Virus record (IMG/VR): IMGVR_UViG_3300043675_000007
Span: 4,556-68,555 of that record
Reading direction: 5' to 3' (one strand)
Length of the DNA: 64,000 bases
Origin: a virus
Part shown: one piece after another, positions 36,687 to 45,529 of the stretch
Numbering within the stretch: the stretch's first letter is position 1
How the letters are laid out: each line of letters begins with the position of its first letter
The notes under the pieces: generated by a model
Database searches by the model: none
Told to the model about the DNA's origin: nothing
Seen by the model: only the letters and a program-made list of their open reading frames with translations
Translations under genes and position numbers: made by a program

Positions 36687-37245
36687 GGGCTTCAACAGTA
36701 AAGCTGACGACCCAGACCCAGGGATTCGATTTCCACGGCGCACGCTTGCCATTGATGCGGTCCCATAGTTCGGCGTACCAGGAAACCGCGTTGATGTGCT
36801 TGGCATCTGCGCCTGCCCACCCTTCTGCGGCCGCGTCGGCGTGCGTGATTTCACAAAGCTGCTCGCAGCGAATCTCGGTAACGGCGAGCGTGATGCGGGA
36901 GGCGCTGCGGGGCATGTGAATCGACGGCTTCCAGCGCGTTGCGCGCCATACGTACCGATCCTGGTCAGCCCTATAACTGATCTGACCGTCAACTTGCGCC
37001 CATGTCTCGCGCACCCAAAGCCGATCGCCTGGCACGCCATATGGGCAGCGGATTTCATCATCATCGGTGTCTGGGTAATCGGGGCCGTTCTCAATCGCGA
37101 TACCGCCCCTCGTAGTCGCGAAATAGCTATAACCCGTCCAGCCTGGGTGCTTGAGAGGTCGGCCAATCACGCGCCGCGTCTGCGTCTTACGCGGCTCGAG
37201 GATGGCGCGGACCATCGGTGTGGAAAACAGAATTGGCCTATCCAT
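36679..37245 (-). CDS. ASCH/PUA-like phage protein
   Basis: RPILFS.PMVRAIL..RKTQTRR, CPYG..GDRLWVRETW, WKPSIHMPR and NPWVWVV motifs. Confidence 0.75.
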   Translation of the reverse strand: MDRPILFSTPMVRAILEPRKTQTRRVIGRPLKHPGWTGYSYFATTRGGIAIENGPDYPDTDDDEIRCPYGVPGDRLWVRETWAQVDGQISYRADQDRYVWRATRWKPSIHMPRSASRITLAVTEIRCEQLCEITHADAAAEGWAGADAKHINAVSWYAELWDRINGKRAPWKSNPWVWVVSFTVEARG

Positions 37246-40200
37246 GTTCGGTTCCGGCATCAGATTGAGAGCGGCAGTTGCAGTCCTTCCCGATGCGGTA
37301 GGCGCACCAATGGGTATGCACGGAAAGTGAGCGCTCTGGATATGCCAGCCTCTCAAGCTCGGCAGCGGCCAAGTTCAAATGCAAAATTGTCTCCGGGCGA
37401 TATAGCGGCTGCTCTTTAGCAACGCGGCGCACTGTCGCGATTAACTCGCGCGTTTCAATGGTGCGAGCGATATCGGGGTCGCGTTCGGCCTCTTGCGGTG
37501 GCCACTCGCAGCCAGGGCGTCCGCAAAAGGGCGTCCTGATAGCGGGGGTGCATCTACACATTGCGCTCACCTGATCCGCTGTTAGGTGGCGTCTTGATCG
37601 GGGCGCTGACTTCGCGCAATTTGAAGCCGTCATGGAACGAGTACCAGCCTTTCGCTGTAGCAAGCGCTTCTGCCTCGCTGAATCCGTGCGCGACGGCTCC
37701 CTCAGCCATCAGTCGGCCATCCCGGTATCGATCAAAGTGATAGCGGCGGTATTCACTCATGTTCAGCACGTCCATCGGATTGAGATCCAAGCAGAATTGA
37801 GTCTGCATCGCCTACGTGACGATTCAGACATTCCCAGTTCGTATTGCCAATGGCCTCACGAATGGCGCGCTCGAAATGGACGAGTCCTTTTACTTCGTTG
37901 CTGAATCGGCGCAGGACTCGCTCCAATACGCCGATGCGGTTCACTAGGCGTTCAATCTTCATCCAATCCTGTGCGCACTCCGCCCCCATTTCTTCCAAAA
38001 ACCGATTGCGCGCCTCGAGTTCCGCGACACGGGCTATGGCGTATTCCAGTTGGCCGGCGTTCATTTGGCTACCTCTGTTTCAGACTGTGATGGCGGCGGG
38101 ATTCGAATGGGCCTACCGCAATATGGGCAGAATCTCCATTCCCTCATGTCGTCACGAAAGAAGATCGATTTCAGACCAGGGGCAGGGCATGCCGGCGCCG
38201 CTGAAAAATAGTCGTTCTTTAGGCGCTCGTCCTCGACCCGCCGCCAGACGCAATGCTTCATGGCTTAACCTCTCCATCGGCAGGTGTCACGTTAGTAGCT
38301 CCGGTGCTTTTGGAGCACCAGTTCTATGAAATCAGCGAGCGGCTTTTCGCCATAGCCGCAACCGGCCCGCTCCGGGTTTCTCCCGTGCATGAACTGGATG
38401 CGAGTAACCTTTTCACCATCCAAGCGAGCCCCGCCAATCTCAAATAGCTCTCGTGCAATGATTGCGGCTAGTTCCTTGTCATTGACCATGCTCGGCTCCT
38501 GTTTCATTCGCTGACCAGACCTGGCAGGTCGATCCCTGGTAGTCGCCGGTGTTCTCCCCTGGATAGAAGATAGGTACCCAGAAGGGCTGGGCTGGAACCG
38601 GCGGAAGCGGAAAGCGGCATCTCCCCCAATGTGGATTCTTCGGATACGCCGATTTATCCCAGTGCTTGCAGGTCCCGCAGGCTTTCATTGCAGGGCCTCC
38701 GCGATGAAGTGGACTAAAACCAAGACGCTCCACACAAGTAGTCCAGTGATCACCCCGCCGCGCCAGCCGGAACGCGGGTCCCACCAATGGGTCCAGGGAA
38801 TGGGGGTCGTGAGCCAGCGCGAGATCCGGTTCATTGGAGCGTGGCTTCGTTGACCAGGCCGGCCTTCACGAAGTCGGTGCGGCACTTGCGCGTTATCTCT
38901 CCAAATCTTTCCTGGCATATCTTGATCGCCGATTCGCATTCCCCCGCCGGCGCGGTGGAGGCCACGTACTCGGACACGAGCTCGACGAGCTCGTTCGTGA
39001 TGTCGGTGCATTCCTTTTTGGGGAACATTGTGATCAGCATCTTTAAGGTGGTGCTGAACATGCAGTGAAAACAGGGGCTATTCTCGTCGGCGCTCATGCG
39101 GGTTGCCTTTTGAAGGCCTTCGCCTGATCGAGGGTGGCGAACACGCGCACCGTGTCAGTCCGCTGCGTCCCGTTGGGCCCGTTCTTCTGGCACACACCGG
39201 CGGCGCCGGCATCGACGGTACGGCGGTAGCAGTCGGCGCCAACTTCGACGGTGCGGTGATCATCATCCTCGAGGAAGACGACGCGGCGCTGCGCGGCGAC
39301 AACCATGTTGAGACCGCAGATAAAACACGGGTACTTCCTCACACGTGCTCCTTGAATGCCGCCCTTAACTGGCGGGCCAGGGAGGGGTGCACGACGATGA
39401 TCCTCTCATTCGCGCCAAAAAGGCCGTTGCGCATCTCGAAAATGCACGCCACCTGCGTGTAGCCGTAGCGCTTGATCCATTTCTTGCGCATCCGCTTCAA
39501 GTGCGCCGGCGTGCGCGCCTTGTGTTTTGGGTACACCTTGACCGGGTCGCCCCGCTGCACCGCCGCGTCGCTCTCGAATATCTTCACGTGTGGCACGGGC
39601 GGGAGGGCCTTCAGCCGATCGCGCATGGACAGCAGGGCTTCGACGGTGAGATTCATATGTTGACGTCGTTGTCGTGCAGATACTTGTGGATGGCGGCCGA
39701 CAGGAGGGCAGTCAGGTCCTTCGCCTCCAAGCGAATTTTATGCTCCGGGTGCACCCCCTTGCGCGTGTAGATGGTGTTGCACATCTCGAAGGCGGCCTGG
39801 CGGATTTTCATGGTGTCCGCAACGATATGCAGGACGGTGGGGCGGCTCACCGGCTGGGGACCGAGTTCGCCGTCAACAGTCGTTTTCTTGAAGGCCGCGT
39901 CATTCAAACGGTTGAACCTGCTCTGGTGCCACTCGGCAAGGGCCGCATCCCGTTCCGGACTGGTTAGCTTCACCTGGTTGAGGCGCGCAGCGTGCTGCAA
40001 GTCCGACTCGCCCGGCTGTCGCTCAAATTCGCTCATCCTGCGTGCTCCGCGCCCAGGTCTAATTCCCGGCAAATTTCCTGAATGAGCGCGACCACGCTTG
40101 GGCGTATGGGGTGGCGCTCGAAATCGCAGACCGGGAAGCTGTGCCCATTTTTATTGACCAGGCGCACGATCTTACCCGTGAGCACATCCTTCAGTGCATC

Positions 40201-40777
40201 CCTGTAGGCGTGGGTGAGCTGCAGGAGGTTCGCGCGGTCCCAGTCAATCTCGATACGCAGCATGGTGATGTCGGTCGCCGCGCCCTTGGCGAGCTCCAAC
40301 GCGATATCGATGTGTTCGGCATGCTGCTCATTCAAGTCGAGAACTTTGCCTCGAAAAACGCCAGTACCTTGGTTCGCATCGCACTGTAGGCTCCCGGTTG
40401 CCACTTTCTCTCCAGCCATGTTGTGTTCATCTCCGCGTTCATTTGAAAGCCCATGATCCCCCGGTGCTGGCTGCACGCCCAGTAGTGGACGATCGCCCAT
40501 TTCCCGCAACGAGGTACTCCGCAGCGGTGCAGCCTCGGGGTCCTCGCCATCAGACCGTGAAGTAGACACGGATGTCCTGATACTCGAGGCGCTCATCGCC
40601 GCGTGCAACGACGCCGGCGGCGGTCAGGAAGCACTCGACCGGCTTGCAGCCATCGGATAGGTGCACGAAGAGCGGCATGGCGCCCTTGTCGAATTTGCAG
40701 GCGCCCTTTTTGTAAGTCTCACGGTACATCTGCTTTTCCCGCGGCGGTTTCGGCGGATTACGCACAAGAGCGCCCAT
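37238..40777 (-). CDS. run of about 14 short, translationally coupled hypothetical early genes, several Cys-rich (e.g. 37238-37561, 37554-37760, 37753-38064, 38061-38261, 38292-38489, 38479-38688, 38685-38834, 38831-39097, 39094-39342, 39339-39656, 39653-40036, 40033-40419, 40332-40550, 40550-40777)
   Basis: Head-to-tail ORFs with ATGA/GTGA overlaps on one strand. Zinc-ribbon-like motifs (FCPYCG, CGTCKHW, CFIC). No functional family recognised. Confidence 0.5.
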
Positions 40778-41547
40778 TAGAAGGGGATGTCATCATCGAA
40801 GTCCGCATTCGGATCCCGCTGGCGTTGCGGGGGCAGCGGACCCCAATCATCAGTCGGCGCGTGGGGACCTGCGGCCATGCGCTCGGACATGGTGGGCGGC
40901 GGCACGTGCTTGGGCGGCGCTGCTGCCGCGGGTGGGGCAACCTCGCCCGTGGCGATGTCTACGGTCTCCCATTGGCCGGTCGCCTCGTTGAACACCGGCG
41001 GCGGTGGCCTGCGCGGCACCGGAGCAGGGGTTTCCCACTGTTGGGTGACCTCATTGAACACAGGTGGAGGCGGGCGCCTGGCTGCGGCTTGAGGCGGCGG
41101 CGGCGGGGTGATCCAGGCCTGGCGCTTATCATCCCAAACAGGCTGGGGCGGCTGGCGCTGTGCGGAACCCGCGGGCGCATCTCCCCATGAACCTGAATTT
41201 GGGTCTGCACCTTGCCAGACAACCCCGGGCGACGTTTTGATGCCCACTCCGCCCACCAGGCGCCCACCAAACTCAACATTCGGATCAAAGTAGATCTTGA
41301 TCCGCTTGCCCGTCCAAAAATCTGAGTCCGGCCCGTAGGCTGCCTCCAAGATATTCACGCGCGTCTTGTTCAACTGGAGCCCTTTGGGCGTCTCGTTGAA
41401 CCAGAGGAAGCACTTCACATCCTTCTGGCCACCGCCGCGCCCCATGATTTCCTCGGTGACATCGGCAATGGTGAGCACCTGCGGGGGCTGTCCCTCAACA
41501 TCGCGGGCCCGGAAGTATTTCGACTTGACCATATCCGCGGTGCGCAT
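40777..41547 (-). CDS. putative single-stranded DNA-binding protein with an SSB-type acidic tail
   Basis: N-terminal domain (SKYFRA.D...LNKT...YG.DS..WTGK.I..Y.D..V.FGG), a Pro-rich repeats linker, and the C-terminus DFDDDIPF. Confidence 0.7.
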   Translation of the reverse strand: MRTADMVKSKYFRARDVEGQPPQVLTIADVTEEIMGRGGGQKDVKCFLWFNETPKGLQLNKTRVNILEAAYGPDSDFWTGKRIKIYFDPNVEFGGRLVGGVGIKTSPGVVWQGADPNSGSWGDAPAGSAQRQPPQPVWDDKRQAWITPPPPPQAAARRPPPPVFNEVTQQWETPAPVPRRPPPPVFNEATGQWETVDIATGEVAPPAAAAPPKHVPPPTMSERMAAGPHAPTDDWGPLPPQRQRDPNADFDDDIPF

Positions 41548-41936
41548 TACCAGCGCTCCCCGGATTCAGCCATGCGCAGCCAGCGCTCAGAAGCCTCGTC
41601 GCGCGCATCATCCGCCTCCTGCTTGTCCTTGAGTTTGAGTAGGGCGCGCAATTTGGGATTGCGGTTGCAGGCGGGGCGGTCGATCTGCGCGATGACGTTC
41701 TTGCCCTTGCAGGTGCGGCACTGGACGTCGTAGACCCCGGACATGTAATCCTCGCGGAAATCCTCACCGAGCTCGTCCATCTCGGAGGCTGTGATGCCGT
41801 TGCCGTCAATCGAGGGGTTGACCGTCTTACCCGTGCCATTGCAGGTGTAGCAGACTTCGTTTTTGGCGGGGAAGAGGACGGTTTCTTCTTCACCGTCCTC
41901 GGTATATCGGACCCAAGAAATGGTCACGTTGCTCAT
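41547..41936 (-). CDS. DnaJ-type CxxCxGxG zinc-finger protein
   Basis: CYTCNGTG and CRTCKGKN. AAGGAG RBS. Confidence 0.6.
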   Translation of the reverse strand: MSNVTISWVRYTEDGEEETVLFPAKNEVCYTCNGTGKTVNPSIDGNGITASEMDELGEDFREDYMSGVYDVQCRTCKGKNVIAQIDRPACNRNPKLRALLKLKDKQEADDARDEASERWLRMAESGERW

Positions 41937-42280
41937 CGGTACTCCTTGTTTGGGTTGCTCCACGATAAAATCAGATTCACAAAAACTTGCGGGACGCGGC
42001 GCGGCTGTGGGCGGCCGTGCATCCAGTCAAGCGCCTGCGCACGCTTCTGCATGAGCAGCCGATCGTAGTACCAGCGGGAGGGCTTGGACCAGGCATCGGG
42101 GAAGAAGGGCCGCAGCTTGTCCTCAACCTCGAGCGGGTCTTTGCAGGCGCGCACGAGTGAGCCGTACAACAGCCACTTTAAGCTCCACGCCTTGCGGTAT
42201 TCGGCATTCGCGATCTGGAAGTAGCGAACGCGACCTTGGACCTTCAAGTCCTCCCAGGTCGGCTCCGGCGATGTGGGCAC
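41933..42280 (-). CDS. hypothetical protein
   Basis: Coupled ORF in the leftward early operon. Confidence 0.4.
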   Translation of the reverse strand: MPTSPEPTWEDLKVQGRVRYFQIANAEYRKAWSLKWLLYGSLVRACKDPLEVEDKLRPFFPDAWSKPSRWYYDRLLMQKRAQALDWMHGRPQPRRVPQVFVNLILSWSNPNKEYR

Positions 42281-42281
42281 C

Positions 42282-42470
42282 TTACTGCTCCGGCGTGGCG
42301 GGAGCAGCCGGCGCGGCTTCGACCGGGTGGTTCTCCATCTCCCCTAACAACGGCACCAGCGCTTTGGCGGCTGCCTTGGAGATGCTCGATTTGGGCGCAT
42401 TGGTGCGCTGAATCAGTTGAAGACAGCGGATCGCCCGCAGTAATCGCTCGGCATTTTTTTGTTCTGTCAC
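42282..42470 (-). CDS. hypothetical protein, first gene of the leftward early operon
   Basis: GTG start downstream of the promoter at 42558-42587. Confidence 0.4.
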   Translation of the reverse strand: MTEQKNAERLLRAIRCLQLIQRTNAPKSSISKAAAKALVPLLGEMENHPVEAAPAAPATPEQ

Positions 42471-42557
42471 GGTCTCACGTCTCAGGTGGATAGTCTTGGA
42501 GGGGGCGGCTGCATCCCGTTGAACCACACAAGCGTGAGGGGTTCAACAGTCGCGGCG

Positions 42558-42587
42558 AGTATGTGGCCACTCACGTTTACCTGTCAA
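42558..42587 (-). promoter_or_regulatory. sigma70-type leftward promoter
   Basis: TTGACA-N18-CATACT on the minus strand. The leader forms a GTTGAACC/GGTTCAAC hairpin. Confidence 0.65.
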
Positions 42588-42592
42588 TGCGA

Positions 42593-42913
42593 CTAGAAGC
42601 TCAGTTGGCGCGGAATCGCAAGCTCTTCCTCAAGAGCCTGCGAGCGCTCGCGGTGGTACTTTCCCGCGAGCACCATCCCGGGGGTGAAGCGATCGCCTTG
42701 CGGTGAGACCAGTTCTCCATGGCGCAGATGCCAACCCGCCCATACCTCGCTAATCCCGCCAAGCTCGTGTTCCCAGAGTGAACGAATGAGCGCCAGCGCT
42801 CCCGCGGGTGCACTTCCTTGTCGTTTCCAGCGACGTGCCGTGTCTGGGTGTACTTGGCACACCCTGGCGATCACATCGACCGGAACGCCATACAGCGGCG
42901 ATTCCGTGAGCAT
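42593..42913 (-). CDS. DUF3653-like phage regulatory protein
   Basis: HTH-like IARVCQVHPDTARRWK followed by WAGWHL..GELVSPQG.RFTP. Confidence 0.65.
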   Translation of the reverse strand: MLTESPLYGVPVDVIARVCQVHPDTARRWKRQGSAPAGALALIRSLWEHELGGISEVWAGWHLRHGELVSPQGDRFTPGMVLAGKYHRERSQALEEELAIPRQLSF

Positions 42914-42923
42914 GGCGTCACTA

Positions 42924-43478
42924 TCAAGTGTTCACATCGAAAGTGCACGCGGACTCAACGGATCTGTGCGGCCCGTGGTATTGCAGTGCAAAGACGGGTT
43001 TCCGGTGCCTGCAAATCATCAACCGCCGTCTGGTGCCGCGTCTGAATTTACGGCGTAATAGACGTCGTCTTCGCGACTTACCATAATATACATTCTCACG
43101 AACTTGAGAGTACTCGTCGGCGTGAGCGGGAGGTGCGTCGAATGCCGCTAATCCTAGGGCCGCGACGAGAAAGACGACCGCCGCCCGATCCCGAAAGGCG
43201 TCGGCAATTTGTCGCCACACACGACCCGTATCTCCAAAGCGATCGGCATCCTTCAAACGCTCCGCGTTGACACAGGCAATCACATAGGCGCGGGGCATTT
43301 TCAAAAGGTCCGCGACCTTAATGGCCCAGTTATCGCTCATGACCGTGCCGTTTCGCCACTGGGAAGTTAGCTGCTGCTTCGCACCCAGGAGCTTCGCGAC
43401 GCGGTAGTCGGACGCGCCGTCGTGTCGGGCGCTGAGCAGGTTCAAAAGCTCAAGAGTTGTCATTGTCTTGGTGGACAT
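42924..43478 (-). CDS. XRE-type HTH repressor (DUF3693-like)
   Basis: SDYRVAKLLG....TSQWRNG...A.KVADLL...AER...W..IA. Divergent from the rightward promoter. Confidence 0.7.
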   Translation of the reverse strand: MSTKTMTTLELLNLLSARHDGASDYRVAKLLGAKQQLTSQWRNGTVMSDNWAIKVADLLKMPRAYVIACVNAERLKDADRFGDTGRVWRQIADAFRDRAAVVFLVAALGLAAFDAPPAHADEYSQVRENVYYGKSRRRRLLRRKFRRGTRRRLMICRHRKPVFALQYHGPHRSVESACTFDVNT

Positions 43479-43579
43479 AGTCCTAACCTCTGCAAAGGTG
43501 TTGGGGCTTCACCCTACACCCAGGATTAGCGACGATCAAGCCACACGGGTCGATTGTGCAACACCACTCGTGTGATGAG

Positions 43580-43608
43580 TTGACACACAACAGATGCCTG
43601 TGTAGTTT
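43580..43608 (+). promoter_or_regulatory. strong sigma70-type rightward promoter
   Basis: TTGACA (43580-43585), 17-nt spacer, and TAGTTT preceded by TG. Confidence 0.75.
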
Positions 43609-43614
43609 CGCCCC

Positions 43615-44225
43615 GTGGTCGCAGCAACCCTCGCTCCGCATCTGACTAGTCCTCAGGCGCTTGGGTTAAAGGCTGCAACCATGGGTTGCTGCGACCGATT
43701 TTGCGGCGTTTGCAGACGCTAGGACTCAAACCATGGATGACCGAGGAATTGTGACTTCGCGCCGGAATGACAGAGGCGCGGAGTGAGGTAGATGGGAAGA
43801 AAAACAAATGCCCGCACGAGGCGGGCATCGGTTGCGAAGTTACTAGCTTCGACTACCAAGACTGTGTTCGCGCACGGCTTCGGCACCCTGCATTCTACAG
43901 GTTGCCCACCGCTTGCTCCACTCAGTTTTGACATAGTCAAGCCCTTCTCAACCTTGGGGTGCGTGGACGGGATTTCTACGTCAGCGCGCACCCCGAGACC
44001 GACTACTGGGGGCCCTATCCAGTCGGCGCGCAGCGTAATGCACGGGAGCGCGAAAGTAGGCCAGGTAAGGAGGTATGCCTGGAATGAAGCGTGCAGCGGG
44101 CGGCGCCGTCATGGCCGATTCCGACGAGCCTCAGTGCTTTTTGCATTGGGCTCGTCCGTGCAAGCCCACCATCTGACCGACAGGGAAAACCAGACCGCAA
44201 TCCGACCCCCGAATGGGGTCAGAAG
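43615..44225 (+). ncRNA. candidate large structured RNA / RNA-dependent replication control region
   Basis: At least 10 helices, including a perfect 14-bp stem (43617-43630/43683-43696) and a 13-bp stem (43953-43965/43985-43997). G:U pairs favour the + strand. Starts right after the promoter. Confidence 0.55.
43797..43828 (-). terminator. intrinsic terminator for an antisense transcript
   Basis: ATGCCCGC/GCGGGCAT 8-bp stem followed on the minus strand by TTGTTTTTCTT. Confidence 0.65.
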
Positions 44226-44245
44226 CTCAAAAGGAAAACAAGAAC

Positions 44246-45148
44246 ATGGCACGGAACACCGCAATCGAATGGGCAGATCACACTTTCAATCCCTGGTGGG
44301 GATGCACGAAGGTTTCCCCTGGCTGTGATCATTGCTATGCGGAAAAACATTCCAAACGATTCGCTCCCGGTCTTTGGGGCGATGATGCAAAGCGGCGCGT
44401 GTTCAATGAGGCGCATTGGGAGGAACTGCTGGTCTTGGACCGCAAAGCCGCAAAGGACGGTACCAGGCCACGGGTCTTCTGCGCCTCCATGGCCGATGTC
44501 TTCGACAATCACCCGGGCGTCACCGGCTACCGCAACCATCTGTGGCAGTACATCGAGAACACCCCGAATCTTGACTGGCTGCTGCTGACCAAGCGCATCG
44601 GCAACGTCAGGAAGATGTACCCGCCCTCGTGGCTCAAAGCACCGCCACGCAATGTGTGGCTCGGGATCTCCGTCGTGAATCAGGTCGAAGCGGATCGGGA
44701 TATCCCGAAGCTGCTCGAGACGCCCGCGCACATCCGCTTCCTATCCTGCGAGCCGCTGCTGGGCGAGATTGATCTGCGTCCCTTCAAACGTGGGCTGTGT
44801 CCGACCTGCGCCGGCGATGGGCAAATCCTCGCTCAAGACTGGAATCCGCCGCGCATGACCCCGAGCCCTCATCCCTCGCCCGACCCTGAAATGGAGGAGT
44901 GCAACGAGTGCCGCGGCACGGGCGAGTGGCCCGATAATCCGGGCCTGGACTGGGTGATCTGCGGCGGGGAGTCAGGAAGCCACGCGCGCTACATGGACTA
45001 TGACTGGGCCTTTCGCATTGCATCCGCCTGTCAGGAGATGGGCGTTGCCTTTTTCATGAAGCAGGGGTCCGCGAAGAATTGGCCGCACTTCAAGCGCTTC
45101 GAGTCTTTCCCTGTGATGTTGCAGATCCGCGAGTGGCCCACCAAATGA
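44246..45148 (+). CDS. phage Gp37/Gp68 (DUF5131) family protein with an inserted CxxCxGxG zinc finger
   Basis: IEWADHTFNPWWGCTKVSPGCDHCYA, RVFCASMADVF, LLTKR, RFLSCEPLL, WVICGGESG and FFMKQ motifs. Confidence 0.85.
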   Translation: MARNTAIEWADHTFNPWWGCTKVSPGCDHCYAEKHSKRFAPGLWGDDAKRRVFNEAHWEELLVLDRKAAKDGTRPRVFCASMADVFDNHPGVTGYRNHLWQYIENTPNLDWLLLTKRIGNVRKMYPPSWLKAPPRNVWLGISVVNQVEADRDIPKLLETPAHIRFLSCEPLLGEIDLRPFKRGLCPTCAGDGQILAQDWNPPRMTPSPHPSPDPEMEECNECRGTGEWPDNPGLDWVICGGESGSHARYMDYDWAFRIASACQEMGVAFFMKQGSAKNWPHFKRFESFPVMLQIREWPTK

Positions 45149-45349
45149 AAAAAGGCACTTTAACCTTCCCAGTGGCCGCGTCTGACCTGTATCAGGTCGG
45201 GGACTACTTAAACGTCTGTCTCACCAATCGCGGCTGGAAAGTCGTGCAGATCACGCTGTGCGAGGGCTGCCGCATCGAGTTCGTAGTGGTGCCCTGGTAT
45301 GCACGCCTGTGGCGCTGGATTGTTTCATTTTTCAACCAAGGAGATGGCC

Positions 45350-45529
45350 ATGTTGATACTGACCCGCCGAGTAGGCGAGATGATAAAGATCGGACTGAAC
45401 GTCGAAGTGACGGTGATGGCCGTCAATGGCAACCAGGTGCGCATCGGGGTGAAGGCGCCAAAGACGACCATTGTTGACCGCGAAGAGATTGCCGTGCGCC
45501 GGCGCGAGAATCCGGTCTTCGTTCGATGA
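45350..45529 (+). CDS. csrA: carbon storage regulator CsrA/RsmA homologue
   Basis: [34 protein letters not shown]...VDREEI. AAGGAG RBS. Confidence 0.9.
   Translation: MLILTRRVGEMIKIGLNVEVTVMAVNGNQVRIGVKAPKTTIVDREEIAVRRRENPVFVR

Noticed and set aside
36687-37166. Long N-terminal extension of the methyltransferase (534-aa ORF call)
   Set aside because: It overlaps the ASCH-like gene in another frame. Methyltransferase motifs begin only after the GTG at 36686.
43928-43956. Second rightward promoter at TTGACA 43928
   Set aside because: No acceptable -10 hexamer at 16-18 nt. The site is part of a TTGAC/GTCAA palindrome.
43615-44245. CsrB/RsmZ-like sponge RNA, suggested by the nearby csrA
   Set aside because: I counted about 13 GGA trinucleotides in about 620 nt, close to chance at this GC content, and most are not in repeated short hairpin loops.
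43792-44328. 178-aa ORF MGRKTNARTRRAS... as a replication protein
   Set aside because: No recognisable domain. Its N-terminus is the reverse of a terminator hairpin and it overlaps the DUF5131 gene. Not fully excluded, because TGAGGT lies just upstream of the ATG.
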